DNA of 64,000 nt from assembly GCA_963782055.1 (NCBI GenBank), contig CAWAIF010000003.1, forward strand, positions 3,520,001 to 3,584,000, in the 5' to 3' direction. Both the position numbers and the translations under genes were made by a program. The first letter of the stretch is position 1. Each line of letters begins with the position of its first letter. Shown here piece by piece: positions 50,794 through 60,620 of this stretch. Under the pieces are notes generated by a model. The model searched no databases. It saw only the letters and a program-made list of their open reading frames with translations, and was not told where the DNA came from. This DNA is from an uncultured delta proteobacterium (lineage in GTDB: Bacteria; Myxococcota_A; Polyangia; Polyangiales; Polyangiaceae).

Positions 50794-51654
50794 ATGCGAA
50801 CCACGGCCGTCCTTCTGGGACTCACCCTCGTCCTCGCCGCCGCCCCTGCCCTCGCCGACGACAAGGCCGACTGCGTCCACGCGTCGGAGAAGGCGCAGGC
50901 GCTGGGGGACCAGGGCAAGCTCACGCAGGCTCGCGAACAGCTGCTGGTGTGTGGCCGGGACGTGTGCCCGGGCCCCGTCAAGAAGGACTGCGCCGAGCAG
51001 CTCGACACGGTCACGCGCCGCATCCCGACGGTGGTGGTGCAGGCGAAGGCCCCGTCGGGCAACGACGCCATCGCGGTGACGGTCACGATCGACGGCAAGG
51101 TGGTCGCCACGCAGCTCGACGGCAAGGCCATCCCGCTGGACCCGGGGGTGCACGAGTTCCACTTCGAGATGGTGGGCGCGCCGGCCGTCGACCAGCGCAT
51201 CGTCGTCGCGGAGGGCAAGCAGAACCGCCCCATCGTGGTCACCTTCGGCAGCCACTCCCCGCACGGCGGCGAGACGCCGCACCCCGCGCCTGCCGGCAAG
51301 GGCCTGCCGGTGGTGGGCCTCGTCGTCGGCGGCCTGGGCGTGATCGCCGGGGCGGTCGTCGCCCCCATCTTCTGGACGCTCGGACTGGACGAGAAGAGCG
51401 GCTACGAGAGCGGTCCCGACCAGTGCGCGCCCAACTGCACCAGCGATCAGAAGAGCTCAGTGGAGACCAAGCTGGTGGTGGGCGACATCTTCCTCGGCGT
51501 GGGCGTGGCGGCGGTCATCACCGGCGCGATCATGGTCATCGCCCACTACGCCGGCGGCTCGCCCGCGCCGAAGGCGACCGGCGCGCTCCAGCCCTTCTTC
51601 GATGCCGGGCCGATCCGCGGCGGCGGCTACGCGTCCGCGGGCCTGCACTTCTGA
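50794..51654 (+). CDS. Exported kinase-associated protein (TPR/PEGA-like)
   Basis: Signal peptide; Cys-containing helical N-domain; VTIDG...LDPGVH beta domain; hydrophobic C-terminus; starts 1 nt after the kinase. Confidence 0.75.
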   Translation: MRTTAVLLGLTLVLAAAPALADDKADCVHASEKAQALGDQGKLTQAREQLLVCGRDVCPGPVKKDCAEQLDTVTRRIPTVVVQAKAPSGNDAIAVTVTIDGKVVATQLDGKAIPLDPGVHEFHFEMVGAPAVDQRIVVAEGKQNRPIVVTFGSHSPHGGETPHPAPAGKGLPVVGLVVGGLGVIAGAVVAPIFWTLGLDEKSGYESGPDQCAPNCTSDQKSSVETKLVVGDIFLGVGVAAVITGAIMVIAHYAGGSPAPKATGALQPFFDAGPIRGGGYASAGLHF

Positions 51655-51696
51655 GCGCCCCATGACGCGCGGCGTCCGGCGTGCTACGGGGCGCGC

Positions 51697-53258
<1,562 letters not shown>

Positions 53259-53259
<1 letters not shown>

Positions 53260-53570
53260 TGCGGCGCGCGGCCCTCCTCTTCGCACTCGCCTTGCCGCTC
53301 GGGACCGCCGGGTGCCCGCCGCCGGCGGAGAGCCCCCCGACGGTCTCGCTGCGCATGACCGGCAGCCCGCCGGACGCCCGGGTGATCATCGACGACGAGT
53401 TCGTCGGCCCGCTCGACGTCGTCGTCGCCCGCGGGGTGGCGCTGCCGCCCGGGCAGCATCGCATCTCGGTGGAGGCGCCGGGCTACTTCCCCTTCGACAC
53501 CATCGTGGTCGCCAAGGAGGGGGAGCGCCTGATCCGCGTGCAGGCCAGGCTGATGGCCGTGCCGGAGTGA
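53259..53570 (+). CDS. PEGA domain lipoprotein
   Basis: Lipobox TAGC; SPPDARVIIDDEFVG...LPPGQHRISVEAPGY. Confidence 0.85.
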
Positions 53571-53585
53571 TGCTACGCTCGGAGG

Positions 53586-53978
53586 ATGGACTTTCTTCGC
53601 CTGCTCGGCAGCTTCGCCTTCGGCGCGCTCGTGCTCGCCGCGTGCGGTGGCGACACCTTCTCCTCGAGCGCTGACGGCGGCACCGACGACGGCGGCCGCT
53701 GCGACTACACCGACCGGCGCGGGCCCGTCACCAAGGGGTGCACGGGCGACACCAGCTGCGCGGTGGTGATGCACGCCGAGAGCTGCTGTCAGGTTCGCGC
53801 TCTGGGCATCAACCACGCCTTCGTGACCGACTTCAACGCCGCCGAGAAGGCCAGCACCTCCGGCTGCGTGTGCAACACCGGCTGCAACGCCCAGCCGGTG
53901 GACGAGCAGAACATGCCCGGGACGAACTTCGAGGCCAAGTGCGAGAACGGCGTCTGCGTGTCCCGGGTGGTCAACTAG
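53586..53978 (+). CDS. Cys-rich lipoprotein
   Basis: GGAGG SD; lipobox LAAC; multiple Cys. Confidence 0.75.
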   Translation: MDFLRLLGSFAFGALVLAACGGDTFSSSADGGTDDGGRCDYTDRRGPVTKGCTGDTSCAVVMHAESCCQVRALGINHAFVTDFNAAEKASTSGCVCNTGCNAQPVDEQNMPGTNFEAKCENGVCVSRVVN

Positions 53979-54037
53979 CCGGGCCAGGGCGGACGAGCTT
54001 GACGGGCGCGGCGTTTTGGAGCACATATCCCGCCCCC

Positions 54038-54196
54038 ATGTCGAACCGCGCCATCTGGAACGTACGCAAGCGCCACGAGTGGCTCGCCACCCCCCTCAAG
54101 TCCAAGCGCATCAAGCGCGCCACGCGCCTGCGCTGCGGCCTGCAGGACGCCATGGACCGCAAGGCCCTCGTCGCCGCCCGGCACGAGAAGGGCTGA
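54038..54196 (+). CDS. Small basic protein (52 aa)
   Basis: MSNRAIWNVRKRHEWLATPLKSKRIKRATRLRCGLQDAMDRKALVAARHEKG; host-like codons; TTGACG at 53999-54004. Confidence 0.65.
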   Translation: MSNRAIWNVRKRHEWLATPLKSKRIKRATRLRCGLQDAMDRKALVAARHEKG

Positions 54197-54199
54197 GCC

Positions 54200-55117
54200 T
54201 CAGTAGCCGCTCTGCGGCTCGGTCCAGCCGTCCGCCATCGCCGCCCAGGACATGGTCACGGTCGAGCGGGCGAACGCGAGCCGTCCCGCCGCGTCCACCA
54301 GGATGAGCCCGCCCGGGCTGCCGGTGCGGTCGAGCATCATCTGGATGGCCGCGCGCGCCGCCTCCTCGGGGTGCAGCGCCTGGCGCATCCACTCCACCGC
54401 GGCCTTGCCGAGACACACGCGCATGATGGCCTCCCCCACGCCCGTCGCCGACACCGCGCCGGCCTGGTCGTCGGCGTAGGTCCCCGCGCCGAGCACCGGG
54501 GTGTCGCCCACACGGCCCGCGCGCTTGAAGAAGGTGCCGCCGGTGCTGGTGGCCGACGCGACCCCGCCGCGCGCGTCTCGCGCCACCGCCCCCACCGTGC
54601 CGCCCGCCCAGCCGTGGGCTGGGGCGTCCCTGTCGCGCTCGAAGCGCTCGCGCACGCGCGGGGGGATCATCGCCGCCTCGTCGGCGCGCACGAAGCCGTG
54701 CTCCAGGGCGAAGCGCTCCGCGCCCTGCCCCGCGTAGAGGACGTGGGCGCCGTCGTCCAGCGCCGCCCGCGCGATGGTGATGGGATGGAGAAAGGGCGGG
54801 AGCGCGCACACCGCCCCCGCGCGCAGTCCCGTACCCTCCATCACCGCGGCGTCCAGCTCGACGTGGCCGTCGCGCGTGAGGGCCGCGCCGGTGCCGGCGT
54901 TGAAGCGCGGATCGTCCTCCAGCACCTCCACCGCGCGCTGGGCCGCGTCGAGCGCGCTCCCGCCGCGGGCGAGCAGCTCACCCCCGGCGCGCACGGCGGC
55001 GGCGCACCCCCCGGCATGCAGCACGCGCGAGGCCTCCGGCACGTTGCCCGCCCCGCCGTGCACGAGGATGGACCAGCCGGTGACCTCCAAGCCGCGCGAG
55101 GCGGTCAGCTTGTCCAT
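54200..55117 (-). CDS. Isoaspartyl peptidase / L-asparaginase (Ntn hydrolase)
   Basis: LVHGGAG, LEDDPRFNAG, GTVGAVA, ATSTGG, GRVGDTP. Confidence 0.93.
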   Translation of the reverse strand: MDKLTASRGLEVTGWSILVHGGAGNVPEASRVLHAGGCAAAVRAGGELLARGGSALDAAQRAVEVLEDDPRFNAGTGAALTRDGHVELDAAVMEGTGLRAGAVCALPPFLHPITIARAALDDGAHVLYAGQGAERFALEHGFVRADEAAMIPPRVRERFERDRDAPAHGWAGGTVGAVARDARGGVASATSTGGTFFKRAGRVGDTPVLGAGTYADDQAGAVSATGVGEAIMRVCLGKAAVEWMRQALHPEEAARAAIQMMLDRTGSPGGLILVDAAGRLAFARSTVTMSWAAMADGWTEPQSGY

Positions 55118-55851
55118 GCCGGAGCACGATAGCGAATCGCCGCGACGCCGAGGAGCGCAAGCAGCGGCAGCGTGGCGAGCCAGGCCGGGGCGCCGCCCGC
55201 GGCGGCGGCGTGCAGGAGCACGATGCAGGCGCCAGCGGCGAGCCCGGCGGCCCCGATCGCCCGGCCCGCCCTCTCGAAGGCGGCGCGGGCGCCGAGCGCC
55301 GGCAGGGCGAGCGCGGCGAGCGCGACGACGAGCGCCGCCGAGGCGCGCCCCCCGGCAGGCAGCGGGGCCGACGGGATCGCCGCCGCCGCGACGCGCGAGA
55401 GCGTGCCGTCCTCGTCGATCCGCACGCCGCGCGAGCGGTCCACGAAGCCGGCGTCCTGCGCGACGACGTCGTCGGAGACGACACGCGGGAAGAAGGTGCT
55501 CACGTCCGCGCCGGACGGCACCGCGAGCACCGCCGCCGCGATCATGCCCGCGCACGCCCCGCCCGCCACCGCCGCTTGCGCGTTCTGGGCGAAGCTGCGG
55601 CCGATCGCGGCGAGGGCGAGCAGCTCGCCGCGACGCGCCGCCGTGCGCAGGGTCACGTACGTCGCCACCGCACCGCAGAGCGGGAGCACCGGCACCGCGC
55701 GCGCCACGCGCGTCGCCCACGCCACCCCCCCCTCGTCGGTCGCCCCGGAGGCCAGGCACGTCACCACGAAGAGCGCGGCCGCGAGTCCCAGCGCGCGGGC
55801 GAAGACGCGCACGTCCCACGCGGTGAGGACCGGGGCGGCGCGCGCGGGCAT
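55105..55851 (-). CDS. Membrane protein with partial LptF/LptG-like similarity
   Basis: LPLCGAVAT...RRGELLALAAIGRS resembles the LptF/G coupling motif; shorter than canonical. Confidence 0.55.
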   Translation of the reverse strand: MPARAAPVLTAWDVRVFARALGLAAALFVVTCLASGATDEGGVAWATRVARAVPVLPLCGAVATYVTLRTAARRGELLALAAIGRSFAQNAQAAVAGGACAGMIAAAVLAVPSGADVSTFFPRVVSDDVVAQDAGFVDRSRGVRIDEDGTLSRVAAAAIPSAPLPAGGRASAALVVALAALALPALGARAAFERAGRAIGAAGLAAGACIVLLHAAAAGGAPAWLATLPLLALLGVAAIRYRAPAWTS

Positions 55852-56015
55852 GGCCCAGGATGCCGCGTTTCGCGGGGGCTTGGGTAGCGGTTCCAGCTCA
55901 GCCGGTCGCGGGCGGCCCTTTCAGGTTGTCGCGGGACGGTCGTCGGTGTGCAGGATGGCACCCGGACCGTCGCTCCGAAGCTCTCCGCCCGCCTCGTGGC
56001 GCGGGCTCCGGGTCG

Positions 56016-56024
56016 TGTTACATT
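56016..56024 (+). promoter_or_regulatory. Putative extended -10 promoter
   Basis: TGTTACATT (TGn-TACATT) just upstream of the structured region. Confidence 0.5.
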
Positions 56025-56030
56025 CGAAGC

Positions 56031-56542
56031 ATGACGCCGAGCGCGGGCAGCTGCGAACCAGCTCCCGGAATGGTCCGGCAGGGAGATTGCCTCGTCGAGC
56101 TCCGGCTCGAAGGCGCACCTCCACGCGCGCGCGGCGACGGCAAGGCGCGGGCTCCCAACCCGCGGCCCATGAAGGAAACGCTCGTGGAGGCGGTCGCGAT
56201 CTTCGAGGCCGACCCCCGAGTGCCGGCGCGTCCGGAGGAGGTATACAATCATGCATAGTACCCGTGGCCCCAACCTGGATGGGCTGACGCCGTAGCTCGT
56301 GTGCGTGTCCGGTTCGCGTCCCTCTCGAGAGGGCGCGAGACCTCCCTCCGTGTGAACGAAGGTGGTCGAGCGGTCCGCAGAGCGCGGACCCTCTCGGACG
56401 TGCGTACGGCCCCGGGGTTCCATGAGGTTGCCGGGCACCGAGCCCGGCGTTCGGCCTCATGCAACCGGGTGGCCTGGTCGGCTTCCAGTTAGGTGGCCGG
56501 GATGGCCCGGGTGGCGCTCGTCACCCGGGCCATTCTTTATTT
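56031..56542 (+). ncRNA. Candidate large structured RNA of unknown family
   Basis: About ten consecutive stem-loops between a putative promoter and an intrinsic terminator; no convincing long CDS. Confidence 0.45.
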
Positions 56543-56543
56543 T
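56502..56543 (+). terminator. Rho-independent terminator
   Basis: ATGGCCCGGGTGGCG-CT-CGTCACCCGGGCCAT hairpin followed by TCTTTATTTT. Confidence 0.85.
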
Positions 56544-57891
56544 GTGGCGGGCGAGGGGGCGCCGAAGTACCCCTAGCGTTGCTCTGCGGGACTAACTCAG
56601 TTGGTAGAGTGCCAGCTTCCCAAGCTGGATGTCGCGGGTTCGAATCCCGTGTCCCGCTCATAGTTTCATGTACTTGGGCGCCGTTCGGACGTTTCCCGGA
56701 CGATTCGTTTCCGCCACCTCCCGCACCGCCAGCGTCGGGCGCGATGAGCGATGCCGGCAGCGGGCCGAAGGGCTGGCCAACGTCGCCGTGCCCCACCGCT
56801 TCCGCTTCGGCGATGTAGCGCTGCGTGGTCGCCGTGTCCGCGTGTCCGAGTCGCGTTTGGATCTGCAGCTCGCGCGCGCCCCCAATCGCAAGCCACGTTG
56901 CGAACGTGTGGCGCAGGTCGTGGAAGCTCAGGGGGCGCCGGTGCTCGTCGGCGGCGTGTAGCTCCTGGCGCGTCACCTTGGCGAGCTCCAGGTGCTCGCG
57001 CATCCGGCCGGCGCGGGTCGCTGTCTTCTCGTTCGCAGGCGTCTCGAGCAACGTCGCTTCCGCGTCGCGCCCTTCGACGAGCGCCTCGAGCAGCGGAAGG
57101 AGGTTCGGCTCGATGGGGACGCGGCGAGCCTTCCGCCCCTTGGTGCTCTTGGTGCCCCCCGTCGCCCGATCGTGGGCGTGGTGCACGCTGATGTAGCCAC
57201 CGTCCAGGACGACGGCGCCGACGCGCAGCACGGCGAGCTCGCCCCGGCGTAGGCCAGTGTAGAGCGCCAGCGCGTAGAGCACGCGGGCCGATCGCGGCAC
57301 GTCTTCGCAGGCCAGGAGCTTCGCGGCCTCACGAGGGAACAGGTAGGCCGACTGCCGCTCTTCCCCAGCGTCCGGGCCTCGCACGCCGTCGACGGGGTTG
57401 CGCTCGAGCACGCGCAGCTCGAGCCGCTTGGAGTGCGTCGCATCGTCGAACATCTTCGAGAGGGTGCCGAAGACGTTGGCGGCCGTCTTCGCGGCGATCT
57501 CCCCTGCCCTGACTCGTTCGTCGAGGCGAGCCACGACGCGTTCCACGTCCTCGCGCGACACCGCCGTCATGACCAGATCCCGCATGATCGGCAGGATGTG
57601 GAATCGCAGGTGCGCGCTCGCGTCCTTGGGATCGCGCCGAGTCTTGAGCCACTTTTCGGTCCACACGTCGACGGTGTTCCCCGTCAGGGCCCCCCGCTTC
57701 GGCTCCGGGAGCTTCTCCCAGCCTTCCGCTTCCGCCTGCCTCGTGAGCCGCACCGCTTCGGCCCGCGCGTCCTGCTCGGACACGCCCACGGACAAGCACA
57801 CGCTGTTGCCGCGCGAGCCGTCCGGCAACGTGACGCGTATGTCCCAGTGGTTCCCGTGCCAGAAGGCGGAGCCCGTGCGGGTGCGCGGCAT
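56521..57891 (-). CDS. int: Tyrosine integrase; ORF continues antisense through tRNA-Gly
   Basis: TGLRRGEL (R), TKGRK (K), FHDLRHT (HxxR), LGHAD (H), TTQRY (Y). Confidence 0.93.
   Translation of the reverse strand: MPRTRTGSAFWHGNHWDIRVTLPDGSRGNSVCLSVGVSEQDARAEAVRLTRQAEAEGWEKLPEPKRGALTGNTVDVWTEKWLKTRRDPKDASAHLRFHILPIMRDLVMTAVSREDVERVVARLDERVRAGEIAAKTAANVFGTLSKMFDDATHSKRLELRVLERNPVDGVRGPDAGEERQSAYLFPREAAKLLACEDVPRSARVLYALALYTGLRRGELAVLRVGAVVLDGGYISVHHAHDRATGGTKSTKGRKARRVPIEPNLLPLLEALVEGRDAEATLLETPANEKTATRAGRMREHLELAKVTRQELHAADEHRRPLSFHDLRHTFATWLAIGGARELQIQTRLGHADTATTQRYIAEAEAVGHGDVGQPFGPLPASLIAPDAGGAGGGGNESSGKRPNGAQVHETMSGTRDSNPRHPAWEAGTLPTELVPQSNARGTSAPPRPPQNKEWPG
56586..56658 (+). tRNA. tRNA-Gly (CCC), probable integration target
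   Basis: GCGGGACTAACTCAGTTGGTAGAGTGCCAGCTTCCCAAGCTGGATGTCGCGGGTTCGAATCCCGTGTCCCGCT folds as a cloverleaf. Confidence 0.96.
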
Positions 57892-57894
57892 GGC

Positions 57895-58173
57895 CTACGC
57901 CTTCCCTTCCGCCGCCGCGTGCGGCTCGCCTTGGTGGGCGGCGCACTCGGCGCACCGGCCCGCGTCGTCACTCTCGCTAGCGTGCGTGGCGGCGCCGCAG
58001 CCGGGGCAGCGGTCCAGGTCGAAGGTGCGCCCGCTCGCCACGTCCTCGCGGAGTGAGGCAAGCAAGACGCGCATCGGCGCCAGCGCGGGCGCCTCGGCCA
58101 GCGCGGCGATCGTCGCGTCAAGGACGGCCAGCACCCGAGCGCGCTCCTGACGCACGGCCTCGCGGGCGTTCAC
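57895..58173 (-). CDS. Hypothetical element protein with two CxxC pairs
   Basis: CPGC...CAEC; start overlaps the upstream stop. Confidence 0.6.
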   Translation of the reverse strand: MNAREAVRQERARVLAVLDATIAALAEAPALAPMRVLLASLREDVASGRTFDLDRCPGCGAATHASESDDAGRCAECAAHQGEPHAAAEGKA

Positions 58174-58613
58174 TTCCGCCCCCGGCGCTTCGCGGGCTTC
58201 GCCGTGGGCTCCACCACGATTCCGAGCGCGCGGGCCTCACGCGCGACAAGCGAGCGAATGAGCCCCGCGGCGCTCAGGCTGGACGCATCGGCCACGGCGT
58301 CGAGCTTGGCGCGGTCGAGCGGCGAAAGGCGGATCTGGAACGTGGTCTCTTTCAGGTTCGGGTCCATGGTGATTCTCCTACCTGAGACTGTACGTACATT
58401 CTCAGAAGAGTCAAGCCCCCCAAGCAGATCCCCCACCTCCACGCCCAGCGCCGAGGCGATGCGGGCGAGCCATTCGGCCGATGCGGCAACCTCGCCACGG
58501 CACACCCGGTAAAGCTGCGCGGTGCCCACGTTCGCCTTCGTGGCGAGCCGAAAAAGGCTCATGCCTCGCGCCTCCGCAAGTGCCCGGATGTTCCGCGCAA
58601 TTCGTTCCCGCAT
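58170..58613 (-). CDS. XRE-type HTH regulator in frame with a downstream ribbon-helix-helix-like domain (internal start at 58367)
   Basis: IARNIRALAEARGMSLFRLATKANVG...LARIASALGVEVGDLL, then MDPNLKETTFQIRLSPLDRAKLDAVA with its own GGAG SD. Confidence 0.7.
   Translation of the reverse strand: MRERIARNIRALAEARGMSLFRLATKANVGTAQLYRVCRGEVAASAEWLARIASALGVEVGDLLGGLDSSENVRTVSGRRITMDPNLKETTFQIRLSPLDRAKLDAVADASSLSAAGLIRSLVAREARALGIVVEPTAKPAKRRGRK
58382..58414 (-). promoter_or_regulatory. Internal promoter overlapped by a 24-bp palindromic operator
   Basis: Minus strand TTGACT-N16-TACAGT; palindrome CTGAGACTGTACGTACATTCTCAG (one mismatch) at 58382-58405. Confidence 0.65.
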
Positions 58614-58750
58614 GCCTTGTCCGTCCACGCCCGAACGCTACCGCCCCTTGTCCGGCGGTTGTGGATGGTCGTACAAGATCACATAGGCTCGAAACGAAAC
58701 GGCCCGGCGAGGCGCAAACCTCCCGGGCCAGGCCACCAAGGAGATTACCC

Positions 58751-59083
58751 ATGGCGACGACAAGCAATGTGGACGTAGTGCGAGCGCTCGGCAAGCTGGA
58801 CGACGCGATCATCGACGGCAAGCGGCTCCTGCGGGCCGAACGCATCGGGCAGCTACGAGCCCTCGCGTACGAGGCGGTGGGCATGGCTCGCCACGACACG
58901 CGCACCGGCGAGGGCGTAGGCCCCGACGATGCGGACGTGGTGTTTTTGATGTACGGCCCCGAAGGGCTGGACATGGTGGAGCGCGACGTGTTCATCAGGC
59001 ACGCCAGGGCGGCGCTGGCGCCCCCGGTGCCCCTGTCCCCCTGCGACGTGGCCCGCGTCGCCCTGCGCCGGGTGCCGCGATGA
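58751..59083 (+). CDS. Hypothetical element protein
   Basis: AAGGAG SD; divergent from the XRE gene. Confidence 0.65.
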   Translation: MATTSNVDVVRALGKLDDAIIDGKRLLRAERIGQLRALAYEAVGMARHDTRTGEGVGPDDADVVFLMYGPEGLDMVERDVFIRHARAALAPPVPLSPCDVARVALRRVPR

Positions 59084-59316
59084 TCGGCTACGAGGCGGCG
59101 GGCTCGGTCTGCGGATCATGTGGCCACCACCACCGGACGATCGCCACGGCGTACGCCTGCGCGGACGCGCACGGGCGGGCCATCGGGCGCGCCTACCCGA
59201 GCACGTTCCCCACGCGGGCGTACAGCGATCGGGTCGTCTGCCGTCTAGACGGCGAGCCGCTGTCGGAAGCGGAGCAGGACGAGCTTGTGCAGGCGGCCGA
59301 AGCCGCGGACGAGTAG
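59080..59316 (+). CDS. Hypothetical element protein (Cys/His-rich N-terminus)
   Basis: ATGA overlap; CGSCGHHHRT...AYAC. Confidence 0.6.
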   Translation: MIGYEAAGSVCGSCGHHHRTIATAYACADAHGRAIGRAYPSTFPTRAYSDRVVCRLDGEPLSEAEQDELVQAAEAADE

Positions 59317-59323
59317 CACCGCA

Positions 59324-59674
59324 TCACCTCGCAGTACGAGAGGGCTCCGCGGCTTCGGCTGCGGGGCCCTTCGCTTTGGCCCGCAGCTCCCGCACCTCTT
59401 GAAGCAGCTCGGTGCATCGCGCCTGCGTGCGCGCGAGGGCGTCGGCCACCGCGGACCGCTCCCCGGCGAGCTTGCCGATCGCGTCGTACACCAGCGCGTC
59501 AAGCATCTCGGCGCGAAGCTCCGCGGTCCAGGCGCGCGCGTCCTGCGCGATGCGGAGCTCCCCGTACTGGCGCCGCCCGGTCGCGAGCCGATCCGCAATC
59601 ATGCAGAGTACACGCACCTCGTCCGGGCCCAGCGTCGCCACGATGGCGCCCAGGCGATCCGCAGGGCTCACCAC
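59324..59674 (-). CDS. Possible MazG-like (all-alpha NTP pyrophosphatase) phage protein
   Basis: GRRQYG...DARAWTAELRAEMLDALVY pattern. Confidence 0.45.
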   Translation of the reverse strand: MVSPADRLGAIVATLGPDEVRVLCMIADRLATGRRQYGELRIAQDARAWTAELRAEMLDALVYDAIGKLAGERSAVADALARTQARCTELLQEVRELRAKAKGPAAEAAEPSRTAR

Positions 59675-59910
59675 GGGGACTCGTCCTCGCGCTGCCTCTG
59701 GAAGTAGTCCGGCGAGTGCGGCTTCGCGATGTCATGAGCCGCGGCAAGGCGCCCGGCCTCGTCCAGCCGCAGCGTGGGCATGTCGCGCGGGCGCTCGGGG
59801 CTTGGCGCGCCCGCGTCGCGCGGGACGATCGTCCCGTCATCGATCAACGCGGCGCGGAGCTCGCGCGCGAAGGCCCGCCGTGCGCTGGAGTGCGTCGTCA
59901 GATCACCCAT
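59668..59910 (-). CDS. Hypothetical element protein (may extend to ATG 60198)
   Basis: GGAGG upstream of ATG 59910; part of the overlapping minus-strand chain. Confidence 0.45.
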   Translation of the reverse strand: MGDLTTHSSARRAFARELRAALIDDGTIVPRDAGAPSPERPRDMPTLRLDEAGRLAAAHDIAKPHSPDYFQRQREDESPW

Positions 59911-60194
59911 GCTTTGCCTCCGCGCACGCGCACCGTCACGCGCTCGCCCTGGAGCATGCCTCGCCGGTGCACCATGACGAACCGGCCGTGCCCCAGCCGA
60001 ACCGTGGCGGTGCCGTCGTCGCAGTGCACGACCGTGCCGTCGAGCGCAGAAAGCGGCGGGTGGGCGCGCCGATCGAGGGGAGGCCTTCCCCTCTCCGGCG
60101 CCGCGAGGGGAGCCAACCCTCGCGCACGCGGGTGGATAGTCCGCGCGGCCCGAGACGATGCGACGGGATGGCGCCGCCGCATCGCCTATGTCCT

Positions 60195-60620
60195 TCATGG
60201 CGCCGCCCGCCACAGGTCGGCGGGCGCGGCCTCTTCCGGTGCGGGGCGGACCATGGTGGCCACCTCGTACTTCGCGATCGTAGTCGCGACCGGGAGCAGG
60301 ATCAGCGCCCACCGATGCGTCCAGGGAAGGGGGCCGAAGTCGGGGGCGTCCCGGGCGATGATCGCTTCGACGTTCCCGCGCATCGTGCGCCCGGCGATCT
60401 CCGCGCCCCCGTCGTCGTCGCCCGGCCACATGACCACCGTGTCATCCACCCGCGAGAGGAAGGCATCGCGGTCCGCAAAGGCGACATGGCACGCACGGAA
60501 GACCATGTGCTCGTCCACGGTCGCGCCGCCCAGGGCGACGAAGTGATCGGTGGGGCAGTCGGCGAGCCCGGCGCGCAGCGCATCGATCAGCGCGTCGACC
60601 GTGGCGTCGCCGGTGCTCAC
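60195..60620 (-). CDS. Hypothetical element protein
   Basis: GTGA overlap with the upstream gene. Confidence 0.55.
   Translation of the reverse strand: MSTGDATVDALIDALRAGLADCPTDHFVALGGATVDEHMVFRACHVAFADRDAFLSRVDDTVVMWPGDDDGGAEIAGRTMRGNVEAIIARDAPDFGPLPWTHRWALILLPVATTIAKYEVATMVRPAPEEAAPADLWRAAP

Noticed and set aside
56078..56125. Glycine-riboswitch-like words (GGAGA...GAAGGCGCA)
   Set aside because: No CTCTCAGG element, no downstream glycine gene, and the words pair within one hairpin.
56031..56542. tmRNA, RNase P RNA or SRP RNA identity for the structured region
   Set aside because: No tRNA-like ends, no GAGGAAAGTCC and no SRP GGAA-loop motif on either strand by eye; an Rfam search is still needed.
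59898..60182. Alternative 94-aa ORF with a beta-rich C-terminus in the element
   Set aside because: It competes with an in-frame extension of 59668-59910 to ATG 60198; the sequence alone cannot decide, so it is not called.
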